A DNA stretch of 40,000 bases from an uncultured phage cr108_1. Shown piece after piece: positions 24,754-34,779 of this stretch (within the stretch, counting starts at the first letter, position 1; every line of letters starts with the position of its first letter). A model generated the notes under the pieces. That model did no database searches. It was given only the letters and a program-made list of their open reading frames with translations, and was not told the DNA's origin. A program made the position numbers and the translations under genes. Where the stretch lies: the sequence record MT774385.1, one strand, 5' to 3'.

Positions 24754-27543
24754 ATGTATCATTATATAAATGGATTTGGTAAAATCTGGGTAGGCCTAGA
24801 GCCCCCCCCCGATGAGACTTTAAACGTTACTTGGTTACATCCTACAGCTACAGGTAAGCCTTCCTTATGGGAATTATTGGCTTTTGACTGTAATGAAGAC
24901 AAGTGGGTTTTAGTAGGAGGATCTGGTGGTGGAGGTACCACAGACTTTGAAGCTACTGTAGATTCAGTAACGTCTACTAGTATTGCAAATGCTTCAGTTA
25001 GATTAGAAGACAATGTCTTTAAATTTAGCTTTGACTTACCTAAGGGTGCTGATGGTGAACCCGGACCTCCGGGACCTGAAGGAGCTCCCGGTAAGGATGG
25101 AACTGATGGAAAGCCAGGTTCAGATGGACAGGAAGGTCTTGGTATTAAGATTATGTATGCTAAGACTACTAGTACTACTATCCCTCCTGTAGTTATTAAG
25201 GATAATATTAATCCTGGTTCAGTATGGGGAACCTCTGTACCTATTCATACATCTGCAGAATTTATATGGTCTATTACAGCTACATTTAGAGGTGCTACTC
25301 TTGTAGGAGAGTGGAGTGATCCTATTCAAATGACTGGTGATAAGGGAGACCCTGGAGAACAGGGTCCTCCCGGACCAGCTGGTTCAGTACCTAACTATAA
25401 GACTTATGTCTATAAGTTAAGCGATTCTAAGCCTGAAGCTCCTACTGGTACTAGTCCTCATCCTGATGGTTGGGAAGATTATCCTAATACTAGCGGTAAC
25501 TGGTGGCAATGTATCGGTACTGTAAATGGTGCTACAGATCTTGTCACAGCATGGTCTGAAGTAATACCTGTAAATGGTAGAGATGATACTGCACAGGATG
25601 GTAAATATACAGAGATGAGATTTGCTGTTAGTGCAAGTAATATTACTCCTCCTGCTCTTGATAAGACCATAAGAACTCCTACAGGATGGTCTATGACTCC
25701 TCCTATTAAAGCTACTCAGGAATTCATGTGGATGATTGTAGCTACAATTAATCCTAACGATACTTTATATACTAACTGGTCTACTCCTACTGTTATTAGT
25801 GGTGAGGCTGGTCCTGAGGGTCCAATAGGTCCAGAAGGCCCTCCGGGACAAGATGGTAAAGATGGGGCTACGGGTCCTACTGGTAATCCTGGACCTGCTG
25901 GTAAGGACGGTGTCTCTGGAATTCCTGGTGTGGGCATTGAAGTAAGATATTGTCTCGGCACTGATACTACCTATACTGGAGCTTCTGAATTAGGTGCTAA
26001 CAGAGATCCGGAGGGTTGGGATACTGTAGTTCCTACGGTTACTGAAGAAAACCCTTATATATGGTTTATACAGGCTCGTATTAATTATACAGATAATTCT
26101 GATAGAGTTGGTTCTGTAGATGGAACATGGTCTACTCCTGCTAAACTTAGTGGTACTAATGGTTTAGATGGAGCTCCTGGAACACCTGGTGCTCCTGGTT
26201 CTAAAGGTCAGATTGTTTATCCTGAAGGTATTTATAATGTAAATACTACCTATTTATGTGATGAGTATAAGGCTCCTTATGTATATGATTCTGGGGATGC
26301 TAATTACTATGTATTAAACAAAGTAGGATCTTGGCAAGGAACCTTACATAATAATGAAAGCCCTAGTACGGATACTAGTGGAAGTTGGGTTAAGCTTGAA
26401 GCATTCGAAGCTATTTATGCCAAGATTGGTATCATTGCTAATGGTTTAATTGGCTCTGCAGTATTTAATGGAGACTACATGTTTAGTCAGCAGGGAGTAG
26501 ATAAAAATGGGAATACTTCTACACATTATGAGAATTTTAATAGTGTAACTCCTGGAGAACCTGCTGATAGTACTGATCCTGCTAAACCTGGTATTAGGAC
26601 ATTTATTCCTAACATAATGTTTAACTTTGCTACTGGAGCAGGCCATCTTGCAGCAGGTAAAGTTAAGTTCAATGCTGATGGTTCAGTAGAAGCTACAGAT
26701 CTTTCTATTAAAGGATTTTCTACATTAGAATACACTTCTAATAAATCTACTACTATTAATGCACTAAGATATATAATTCCTAATGATCTTATTACAACTT
26801 CTAAAGAATATACATTTAAATTATCTGCAAATGATTACAATTATGAAGTTGGGTCTACTTACGAAGGATGTATAGTTAATAATAGACAATATGGAGTCTC
26901 TGTTATAAAAGGATTAACTGTAAATAGTTGTGATAATGGCCAATTATTTAATGGTAGTATAATATATGATCCACTATCTTTCTCTACTATAGAATTAATT
27001 CCTACTGGACAACTACGTTTTTCCTTTACTGTAACAAGTATAGATCCTTCTACTAAGGAAGTTTCTGGTAGTGCAACTCTATTAAATCCGTCTGAGTATG
27101 TGATAACATATTCAACAAATGGTAGTTCAGTGCTTAGGTATTTAGGAGTTGCACAAGCTACATCATATACAGGATTAATAGAATATGATCTTATTCATAA
27201 TACAAGCAGCGGAGAACTTTTAACTGGTAGCAGCTATACTAGTGCACCTGGTATTACTGTAACAACATCACGTAATTGGATAGATACTAAACATCTTGAA
27301 ATAACTTTTAATACTATAGGTATCCCTTATAGTGCGTGGTTAACCCCAATGTGTTCAACCATAATATCAAATAGTAGCAACTCTGATATTCGAGCGTTCG
27401 GATTGCAAGTTTCTAAATCAGAGGACTTAGGAAATTATGAAAATACATTTAAGGTTCTAGTTTGTAGTAATACTACAAATTTGCAAACTACTTATTGGGG
27501 AGTATTTATAGTAGTACATCCGGTATATCCGTCTACTAGGTAA
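24754..27543 (+). CDS. collagen-like tail fibre protein
   Basis: Start moved to the Met at 24754 (MYHYINGFGKIWVGLEPPPDE). Four Gly-X-Y tracts such as GPPGPEGAPGKDGTDGKPGSDG. Confidence 0.88.
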   Translation: MYHYINGFGKIWVGLEPPPDETLNVTWLHPTATGKPSLWELLAFDCNEDKWVLVGGSGGGGTTDFEATVDSVTSTSIANASVRLEDNVFKFSFDLPKGADGEPGPPGPEGAPGKDGTDGKPGSDGQEGLGIKIMYAKTTSTTIPPVVIKDNINPGSVWGTSVPIHTSAEFIWSITATFRGATLVGEWSDPIQMTGDKGDPGEQGPPGPAGSVPNYKTYVYKLSDSKPEAPTGTSPHPDGWEDYPNTSGNWWQCIGTVNGATDLVTAWSEVIPVNGRDDTAQDGKYTEMRFAVSASNITPPALDKTIRTPTGWSMTPPIKATQEFMWMIVATINPNDTLYTNWSTPTVISGEAGPEGPIGPEGPPGQDGKDGATGPTGNPGPAGKDGVSGIPGVGIEVRYCLGTDTTYTGASELGANRDPEGWDTVVPTVTEENPYIWFIQARINYTDNSDRVGSVDGTWSTPAKLSGTNGLDGAPGTPGAPGSKGQIVYPEGIYNVNTTYLCDEYKAPYVYDSGDANYYVLNKVGSWQGTLHNNESPSTDTSGSWVKLEAFEAIYAKIGIIANGLIGSAVFNGDYMFSQQGVDKNGNTSTHYENFNSVTPGEPADSTDPAKPGIRTFIPNIMFNFATGAGHLAAGKVKFNADGSVEATDLSIKGFSTLEYTSNKSTTINALRYIIPNDLITTSKEYTFKLSANDYNYEVGSTYEGCIVNNRQYGVSVIKGLTVNSCDNGQLFNGSIIYDPLSFSTIELIPTGQLRFSFTVTSIDPSTKEVSGSATLLNPSEYVITYSTNGSSVLRYLGVAQATSYTGLIEYDLIHNTSSGELLTGSSYTSAPGITVTTSRNWIDTKHLEITFNTIGIPYSAWLTPMCSTIISNSSNSDIRAFGLQVSKSEDLGNYENTFKVLVCSNTTNLQTTYWGVFIVVHPVYPSTR

Positions 27544-27548
27544 GTAAT

Positions 27549-28160
27549 ATGAAGTGGAAGATAATAGCAATTCAAGCACTAATAATATTAGTTCTTGGTG
27601 GGCTATGCTTCGGGGCTTATAATAAAATTCAAGATTTACGAGAGGAGGTCTCTGTTGCATATACTAATATAAAAGCGTATGCAGCAGAGAACGATTCTCT
27701 TACTAATGAGAAAAGAGCTTTTAAGTTCACTATTGACGAGCTTAAATCTAGTAATGATTCTATTAGTAAAAAGTTATTAGAAGTTCAGAAGAAGCTCAAA
27801 ATTAAGGATAAAGATATACGTTACTTAGAGTATCAACTAAGTATTGCATCTAAAAAGGACTCTATAATATTGAGGGATACGGTATTTCAACCTATGGTTA
27901 AAATTGATACTACTATTGGGGATAAGTGGTATACTTTAAAATTAGGATTGGAGTATCCCAATAAGGTAACTACTGAACCGAAGTTTACAAGTGAAAGATC
28001 TGTTGTAGGACATCTTAAGAAGGAGACTATTAAGCCTCCTAAAAAGTTCTTCTTATGCAGATGGTTTCAACGAAAGCATAAGGTTATGTTAGTGGATGTG
28101 GTTGAGGAGAATCCCTATATTATCTCTAAGACTGGTAGATATATTCTAATAGTCGAATAA
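27549..28160 (+). CDS. putative i-spanin/Rz-like membrane coiled-coil protein
   Basis: 203 aa, one N-terminal TM then a long coiled coil. Confidence 0.6.
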   Translation: MKWKIIAIQALIILVLGGLCFGAYNKIQDLREEVSVAYTNIKAYAAENDSLTNEKRAFKFTIDELKSSNDSISKKLLEVQKKLKIKDKDIRYLEYQLSIASKKDSIILRDTVFQPMVKIDTTIGDKWYTLKLGLEYPNKVTTEPKFTSERSVVGHLKKETIKPPKKFFLCRWFQRKHKVMLVDVVEENPYIISKTGRYILIVE

Positions 28161-28426
28161 TGGATTGGCTTACGCTATTGAGTGCGCTAGGAGTGTCAAA
28201 CCTTCTTTCGATTATCGTTACGTGGAAACTTGGCGGTAAGCGAACTTCTGATGCCAATGCAACACTTGTAGAGATAGAAACTCTTGTAAAGATGCGAGAG
28301 TTTTATCGAGATGAGATTGCACGCCTCTTGAAGGTAAATGAAGAGTTACATGCTACTGTCAATGAATTATTGCAGGAGCTTAAGGAAGCAAGGGGAGAGA
28401 CTGCTATTCACTCAGAAAACTCTTGA
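28160..28426 (+). CDS. small membrane protein, holin-like by context
   Basis: 88 aa, one N-terminal hydrophobic segment and charged coiled-coil tail; directly upstream of the DUF5675-like gene. Confidence 0.5.
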   Translation: MDWLTLLSALGVSNLLSIIVTWKLGGKRTSDANATLVEIETLVKMREFYRDEIARLLKVNEELHATVNELLQELKEARGETAIHSENS

Positions 28427-28429
28427 ATC

Positions 28430-28873
28430 ATGGAATTACTCTTACAGCGTACTGATAGACAAAGTTCGTATACAGGCGGGAAGCTTTACGTAAATGGAGT
28501 ATACGAGTGCGATACCGTTGAAGATACTGATAGAGATAAGAATTCTAATGGTATTTTTGATGGAGATGAAAAGAAGGTTATGCATGAGACTGCTATACCT
28601 AATGGAAGATATAGAATTACTTTAGTAAATTCTCCTAAATTTAGTCCCAAGGTAGATAATAGGAATATGCCACTGCTTAATAATGTTCCTTCATTTACTG
28701 GTATATTAATACATTGGGGCAATAGTGCAGCTGATTCATCTGGCTGCATATTAGTAGGCAAAAACTACTTAGGAGGCAGAATTTCTAATAGTAAAGTAAC
28801 CTTCTTAGCTTTACTAGATAAACTTGACAAAGCTGCTGCTTCAAATGAGCAGATTTGGATTACTGTTAAGTAG
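28430..28873 (+). CDS. DUF5675-like protein, putative lysis-associated enzyme
   Basis: ETAIPNGRYRITLVNSPKF...NVPSFTGILIHWGNSAADSSGCILVGKN pattern. Confidence 0.75.
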   Translation: MELLLQRTDRQSSYTGGKLYVNGVYECDTVEDTDRDKNSNGIFDGDEKKVMHETAIPNGRYRITLVNSPKFSPKVDNRNMPLLNNVPSFTGILIHWGNSAADSSGCILVGKNYLGGRISNSKVTFLALLDKLDKAAASNEQIWITVK

Positions 28874-28925
28874 GAAATAAAGTAGTAGATATTGGTATAA
28901 TCTATTAGTGAATTTCTAAAAGTAT

Positions 28926-28956
28926 TTGATATATCAATAAATATTCATATATTTGC
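28926..28956 (+). promoter_or_regulatory. Bacteroidetes-type promoter of the capsid operon
   Basis: TTTG (28926-28929), 19-nt spacer, TATATTTG (28949-28956). Confidence 0.7.
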
Positions 28957-29007
28957 ATTAATCTATGTAAAGAGATTAACTAATTAGATTAAAAATTTTG
29001 GAGAAGT

Positions 29008-30168
29008 ATGGAAGAAACTTTATCAATGGATTTACTCAATGCGTTCGATGAGGACGCTATTGATATTAAGATTGAGGAGGAAGATCTTGAATTCGATGCG
29101 TTGAATGATGAGGCTCCTCCTAAGAATACCAGTACAGATGCGGACCCTGATCCTAAAGGGATTTTTAAGGGTAAGCAAGAGGGCGGAGGTGCTGAAGATG
29201 GTGAAGGAGAAGATCCTGAGCCTAGCTCAAGCGGGGAAGATACCACGGACAAAGATCCGGGCGATAAAACTTCTCCCAATACACCAATACTTGCTTCCGT
29301 CGCACTGGCTTGTTACGAAGATGGTATTTTCCCAGACTTGAGTGAAGATGAGATCAAGGGGATTAAGGACAGTGAATCTTTTGCTGCAGCTTTAAAGAAG
29401 CAGATTGAAGCAGGTTTGGATGCTGAACAGAAGCGTATTAGAGAGATGCTTAATGTTGGTGTAGAACCTGATGTTATTCAGCAGTATGAAGGTGCTATTC
29501 AATATCTCTCTGGCATCTCTGAGGAAGACATCGAATCCGAGTCCGATGAGGCTGAGACTCTTCGTAAGAAGATTATTTACAACGATTATATCAATCGTGG
29601 TTTTAAGAAGGAGCGAGCCCAACGCGAGGTTGAGAGGTCTTTTAATGCTGGTACAGATATAGAAGATGCTAAGGCAGCTTTGGAAAGTTGCTTAGACTTC
29701 TACAAAGAAGAATATAGCTCTGTTGTTGAGGAGAGGAAAGCTGCTGCTGCTGCTGCTAAAGCTGCACAGGAAAAGCAGCTGAAAGAATTTAAAGCTAAGG
29801 TATTAAATACGGAGAAACCTTTTGATGGTATTAATCTTGATAAGGGTACTCGGGAGAAGGTCTATAATAATATGACCAAGGCTAGTTATAAGGATGATGA
29901 GGGTCACATTATGACTCCTATTCAGAAGTATATTAAGGAGAATTCTTTAGATGCTCAATACTACCTATCTCTAATGTATACCTTAACAGATGGCTTTAAG
30001 AATATTGACAAGCTTGTTAATCAGAAGTTAACTAAAGCTAAGAAGAGTGCTCTTAGAGAATTGGAGCATACCCTCAATAATACGAGAACTTTGGATGATG
30101 GTAGCGTTAACTTTAATATGGAGCCGGAGGAAGAGTCCTATGACTTCATTGACAGAATTGACGTTTAA
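29008..30168 (+). CDS. putative scaffold/head assembly protein
   Basis: 386 aa, acidic N-terminus and coiled-coil middle, immediately upstream of MCP. Confidence 0.65.
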   Translation: MEETLSMDLLNAFDEDAIDIKIEEEDLEFDALNDEAPPKNTSTDADPDPKGIFKGKQEGGGAEDGEGEDPEPSSSGEDTTDKDPGDKTSPNTPILASVALACYEDGIFPDLSEDEIKGIKDSESFAAALKKQIEAGLDAEQKRIREMLNVGVEPDVIQQYEGAIQYLSGISEEDIESESDEAETLRKKIIYNDYINRGFKKERAQREVERSFNAGTDIEDAKAALESCLDFYKEEYSSVVEERKAAAAAAKAAQEKQLKEFKAKVLNTEKPFDGINLDKGTREKVYNNMTKASYKDDEGHIMTPIQKYIKENSLDAQYYLSLMYTLTDGFKNIDKLVNQKLTKAKKSALRELEHTLNNTRTLDDGSVNFNMEPEEESYDFIDRIDV

Positions 30169-30183
30169 TTAAATTAATAAATT

Positions 30184-31683
30184 ATGCAACTAGGTAAATT
30201 TCAAATGAAAGCCTTCACGTCGTGGAAAGGCTTAACCCGAGATAACCATATCGGAGCAATTTTTGGTCGTGCACCTCAGAAGGCTACTAATATTATGGTA
30301 CAGCTTCTGGCTCAGCATCGTGGCAAGAGCCTCGATAGTTATCTCCAGAGATTCCCTGTAAAGTACTTTGAGACTGATGATGAGTACACATGGGAAGTTA
30401 TTGGCAGCTCGCGTCGTAATATTCCGATCATTGAGGCTCGTGATATGAGTGACGAAGTTATCTCGTCGGGTATGGCAGGTGAGAATGGACAGCCTTTCAA
30501 GGTAGTATTCCCCGAGGATTGGTTCGCTGATGGCGAGGTAATCGTAGGTGAGCTTAATGAGGTTTATCCCCTGCGTATTCTTGGTCAGCCGAGACTTGAA
30601 GGTTCGAATGCAGTTTATACCGTAGAGCTTATGGGTGGTGTACTTGGTGGTATGCCTGCTGAACAGCTTTCGGCTGGTAAGCGCTTCAGCTGGGAGTATG
30701 CTCCTGTTGAGGATACGATGTCGCTAGAAGTTGGTGACGTTCGCTATACAAGCTCGACTGCAATGCGTAACGAGTGGTCGCATATTCGTATTCAGACGAA
30801 GGTTCCTGGAAATATTCTGGACAAGAAGCTCGCTATTGGTATTCCCTTCGTGGACAAGGCAGGTCAGAAGCAGGTTGCTAGCTCGTGGATGCACCATGTA
30901 GACTATAAACTTGAGGAGACTTTCTCGGAGTACAAGTCGAACATTATCATGTTTGGTCGCTCGAACCGTAATAAGAATGGTGAGTATCTGAACTTTGGTA
31001 AGTCAGGTAATGTCATCAAGATGGGTGATGGTATCCGTGCACAGATGTCGGTAGGTAATACTCGTTACTATACGAAGTTTAGCCTGAAGACTCTTGAGGA
31101 TGCTCTGTTTGAGCTGTCGGAGTCGAAGCTTGACTACTCGGATCGTACGTTCATCATCGAGACTGGTTCGCGTGGTGCTGTGCAGTTCCACAAAGCTGTT
31201 CTTGATGTAGTATCGGGCTGGACGGTATTCCAGTATCTTGGTGGTAATGCAGCTAACCCTGCTATTATCTCGAAGACGTCGAGCAAGCTGCATGACAATG
31301 CACTTAGCGCTGGATTCCAGTTCGTAGAGTATAAGGCTCCTAATGGTGTAACCATTAAGATTGAGGTTAATCCTTTGTACGACGATCAGGTACGTAACAA
31401 GATTATGCACCCGAATGGTGGTGTTGCAGAATCGTATCGTTACGATATTCTGAGCATTGGTACTACGGAGGAACCGAATATTCAGCTGGCTAAGGTCCGC
31501 GGTAAAGAGGAATATCGGGGTTATATGTGGGGATTGAGAAACCCGTTCACAGGTGGCATGAACAATCCGTACATGTCGTATCCTGAGGATTCGGCTCAGA
31601 TTCACAAGATGGCTACCCTGGGTGTATTTATCCTTGACCCGACTCGTACGATGAGTATTATTCCTAATATTCTGACGGAGTAG
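30184..31683 (+). CDS. major capsid protein
   Basis: 499 aa, position, strong codon bias, and N-terminus typical of crAss-like MCPs (MQLGKFQMKAFTSWKGLTRDNHIGAIFGRAPQKATN). Confidence 0.88.
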   Translation: MQLGKFQMKAFTSWKGLTRDNHIGAIFGRAPQKATNIMVQLLAQHRGKSLDSYLQRFPVKYFETDDEYTWEVIGSSRRNIPIIEARDMSDEVISSGMAGENGQPFKVVFPEDWFADGEVIVGELNEVYPLRILGQPRLEGSNAVYTVELMGGVLGGMPAEQLSAGKRFSWEYAPVEDTMSLEVGDVRYTSSTAMRNEWSHIRIQTKVPGNILDKKLAIGIPFVDKAGQKQVASSWMHHVDYKLEETFSEYKSNIIMFGRSNRNKNGEYLNFGKSGNVIKMGDGIRAQMSVGNTRYYTKFSLKTLEDALFELSESKLDYSDRTFIIETGSRGAVQFHKAVLDVVSGWTVFQYLGGNAANPAIISKTSSKLHDNALSAGFQFVEYKAPNGVTIKIEVNPLYDDQVRNKIMHPNGGVAESYRYDILSIGTTEEPNIQLAKVRGKEEYRGYMWGLRNPFTGGMNNPYMSYPEDSAQIHKMATLGVFILDPTRTMSIIPNILTE

Positions 31684-31700
31684 TCATAAATACTATTAAT

Positions 31701-31730
31701 AGGTAGGTAGGAGTAATATCCCACTTACCT
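31701..31730 (+). terminator. possible attenuator/terminator after MCP
   Basis: AGGTAGGT...ACTTACCT (8 bp incl. one G-U) then TCATTTT. Confidence 0.4.
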
Positions 31731-31755
31731 TCATTTTAATTTAAGGGAGAAGTTT

Positions 31756-32751
31756 ATGGAAAATTTTAGCAATATTGGTGATATTGATATTGACACCTCT
31801 GTTGATGAGGTAAAAGTTGAAGTACCTAAGAATACTAAGGGTTCGAAGGTTGATAAGAAAAGTGCTGCTACTGTAGGGGAAGCAGAGCCTTTAGTTAACT
31901 GTCTCAGGAATGAGAAAGTTATTGTAAGGTGTATTCTCAAACCTACTGGTAATATTGACAAGCCCTCTCACGCTCTCTATGGAGGTATGGCTGAAACCGC
32001 AGTTAAAATCTATACGCTACCGCTTCTGATGTCGGGTTCATATAAGAATGCTCTCACAAAGGCTGAGAAGAAGTTCTTGGAAATGGCTATGGGTCTTGAA
32101 GATAATGCACTATCAATCTATCGTAAGGAGGACAATTACTGGGAGTCTGACAATGCTATTGTAAGACTTGGTAAGATGGATACAATCCTTGATCTTTCCA
32201 CACCTGATGGTTATATTAAGTATAAGATTCTGCTAGCTAATTCAAGTACTATTGCACCGAGCTTGGATGTTTTAAAAAATGCTCCTAAGGAGACTTATAG
32301 ATATGTTCTTATCCGTGAGGGTGAGGAAGTCAAGACTCTTAATAAGGAGATGAATGTAGCTATGCAGGCATCCTTTGAGCTTGGTAAATTCCTTGAGAAT
32401 AAACCTGTACTACGTCTAGTAGTTGAGACTCTTGAAGGTAAGCCTGTATCTGATACAAGCACTCTTGATTGGCTACAAGCTCAAGCATTTAAGAATATGC
32501 AGAGCAATCCTAAGCTCTTTGTACAGATTCTACAAGATCCCTACCTTGAGACCAAGGTAATGATTAAGGATGCTATTAGTGCAGGACTTATTAAGAAGCG
32601 TGGTGATCTTTACTACAAGGCTGACAATACTCCGCTTTGTGAAGGTATGGATGATCCGAATATTACTAATGCTGCAAGGTATATCAATGCTGTCAAGAAT
32701 CAAGAGTATAAGTTAATGCTTGAGGCTAAGATCAAAGCTTCTAAGAAATAA
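31756..32751 (+). CDS. structural-block hypothetical protein
   Basis: 331 aa directly after MCP. Confidence 0.75.
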   Translation: MENFSNIGDIDIDTSVDEVKVEVPKNTKGSKVDKKSAATVGEAEPLVNCLRNEKVIVRCILKPTGNIDKPSHALYGGMAETAVKIYTLPLLMSGSYKNALTKAEKKFLEMAMGLEDNALSIYRKEDNYWESDNAIVRLGKMDTILDLSTPDGYIKYKILLANSSTIAPSLDVLKNAPKETYRYVLIREGEEVKTLNKEMNVAMQASFELGKFLENKPVLRLVVETLEGKPVSDTSTLDWLQAQAFKNMQSNPKLFVQILQDPYLETKVMIKDAISAGLIKKRGDLYYKADNTPLCEGMDDPNITNAARYINAVKNQEYKLMLEAKIKASKK

Positions 32752-32759
32752 TTTACATT

Positions 32760-33545
32760 ATGACTGCAGCGGAACTGATTCAGAAATTTAATCTACATTA
32801 TGATAATATCTTAAGTGCAGCTGCACCAGGTCTTAATGAGTATGAAATATCATTATTCTTAACTCAGGCGCATAGAGAGGTTGTTTCAAGCTATTATAAT
32901 GGTGCTATGGGTGGTGATACCATTGATAGTACAGAAGCTGTTAAATCACTTCTTCCACGTTATATTTTGACAGGAACATCTGTTATATCAACACTTGTTC
33001 CCAATCAAATTGAAGGGCTTAATTCTTATGTTATAGACTTAGATGCTAATGTACTTCAGCTATTAGCTGAGCGTATTAAAGGTCCTATTGACCCTAGTCT
33101 AAGGGCTCGTAATATAGATGTTAAACCTGTAGATATTGATGAAGCCTATAGGCTTATGAGGAATCCTTTTAGGAGACCTTCAGACTTACGAGTATGGCGT
33201 GTGGATGAAACAATTAATGAGGATACTACGGTACGACAAGTAACCTTAGTTTCTAATGAAGATCTTACTGCTAAAGAGTTTCAGTATATCTACACTTATA
33301 TGAAAGAGCCAGAACCTATTATACTAGTAGATCTGGATTCTGAAGAATGGATTAGTATCGGAAACCTTTCCATTATGGGAGAGCGTAAAGCTAATGTAGA
33401 TAAAGATACTATAGCTCAGCTAGGAGATAAGATTTCACCTACGCTTTGGGAATTGATTATAAATCGTGCTGTTGAATTAGCAACACGAGATTATAAGGAG
33501 AATAGTTTGAACACACAAATTGCTCTGAATCGCAGAGTAGAATAA
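32760..33545 (+). CDS. putative head-tail connector/ring protein
   Basis: 261 aa; AELIQKFNLHYDNILSAAAPGLNEYEISLFLTQAHREVV resembles phage adaptor N-termini; position. Confidence 0.65.
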   Translation: MTAAELIQKFNLHYDNILSAAAPGLNEYEISLFLTQAHREVVSSYYNGAMGGDTIDSTEAVKSLLPRYILTGTSVISTLVPNQIEGLNSYVIDLDANVLQLLAERIKGPIDPSLRARNIDVKPVDIDEAYRLMRNPFRRPSDLRVWRVDETINEDTTVRQVTLVSNEDLTAKEFQYIYTYMKEPEPIILVDLDSEEWISIGNLSIMGERKANVDKDTIAQLGDKISPTLWELIINRAVELATRDYKENSLNTQIALNRRVE

Positions 33546-33562
33546 TTTAATTTAATAAGAAT

Positions 33563-34588
33563 ATGGCAAATTTTAGTACAAATGCTGTGCAACACATCAT
33601 CATGGCTAAGTCGGTTGATGTTAAAGTCATCGATGCCAAGACTGGAGAGGCTCCGGCTTCTGGGGCTGTTGTAGAGAAATTTTATATTCAGTACAAGAAT
33701 GCTTATGGTGATCTGATGCGTTCGGATCTAATTGACGCTGGAAAGATTCGTGCTTACAGCGCTAAAGAATATAAAGCAGGTACGCAGCGTACGGTAACTA
33801 TTAAGGTTAATAAGGCTGAACTTACTCCTAATACTGAGTATAGCCTTCGCGTTATGATTCGTGAGGTTATGTCGGGTTCGCAAGAAGATCAGATGGTAGG
33901 TGTAGTATCGTATACTACGAGTTCGGCTACTGATGAGACTGCTCTTTCGAAGGAACTTACTGATGGTCTTGCAGAGCAGATTAATAAGATGTATGGCGTA
34001 TCTGGTAAGAAGTACAACAAGTTGGACTGGCCTGTTCTTGAGGCCGTAGGTGAAACTGGTGGTACTGCAGATACTATTGTTATCAAGGAAGTTGCTAATA
34101 ACTTGAAACCTTGGATTGTTGGTAAAGTTCAGCTTCGCCCGTACAACTTTGATATTTATCCCAACCCTGTTCTTTCGATTTCGTCAACTGGTAATACGAA
34201 CTTTGAGTCGTTTGATTGGATTGACACTTCGAAGGGTGTAGATAAGGGTCTCTTTACGAAGACTGTAGGTGGTTCGCTTGGTCATGGTAATGGTAAAGTC
34301 GTTGCAGACCTTGAGTACTTCTATCATGGTGATCTTGGTGACTTCTATCGTATGAACAACTATCCGTTGAACATTACGACAGAGTATATGGCTGATCCTA
34401 CGAAGTGGTATGATTCGATTAATCTTGCCTTCTTCTATCGTGGCGAAGCTACTTCGCCTCAGGCTTCGGAGAAGCAGCTCTTGATTGAATGTGAGCGTGC
34501 TGCTGAAGGTACGGTTAGTCCGTACTTTACTGCACTTACTAAAGTTCTTGATAAGATCGTAGCTGGTGAAGCTATTCCTGATGCTTAA
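33563..34588 (+). CDS. abundant structural protein (capsid/tail auxiliary)
   Basis: 341 aa; codon bias similar to MCP. Confidence 0.7.
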   Translation: MANFSTNAVQHIIMAKSVDVKVIDAKTGEAPASGAVVEKFYIQYKNAYGDLMRSDLIDAGKIRAYSAKEYKAGTQRTVTIKVNKAELTPNTEYSLRVMIREVMSGSQEDQMVGVVSYTTSSATDETALSKELTDGLAEQINKMYGVSGKKYNKLDWPVLEAVGETGGTADTIVIKEVANNLKPWIVGKVQLRPYNFDIYPNPVLSISSTGNTNFESFDWIDTSKGVDKGLFTKTVGGSLGHGNGKVVADLEYFYHGDLGDFYRMNNYPLNITTEYMADPTKWYDSINLAFFYRGEATSPQASEKQLLIECERAAEGTVSPYFTALTKVLDKIVAGEAIPDA

Positions 34589-34660
34589 TTTATAGTTTAG
34601 AGCATTACTATAATTAAGTAATATTTATAAGAGTTAGTGAAAGTTTGATTGAGTAATATT

Positions 34661-34686
34661 GGGCTACTGCTTACGGGCAGTAGTCC
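34661..34686 (+). other. 10-bp hairpin GGGCTACTGC-TTACGG-GCAGTAGTCC
   Basis: Paired along its entire length (one G-U), 6-nt loop, no U-tract. Confidence 0.7.
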
Positions 34687-34779
34687 TATTACAATTCCAA
34701 TTTAACTGAGGATGAGAAGAAATTAATCGAGAAATCTCCTGAATATTCTGAGGCAAAGAATACCTTCGAGTCAGGGTTT

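Noticed and set aside
25047-26212. Interpretation of GXY-coding repeats as a satellite/CRISPR-like repeat
   Set aside because: Repeats are explained by collagen-like Gly-X-Y protein sequence in frame.
31003-31605. 200-aa minus-strand ORF inside the MCP gene
   Set aside because: Fully antisense to a strongly codon-biased MCP gene; low-complexity Leu/Arg/Thr composition typical of a shadow ORF.
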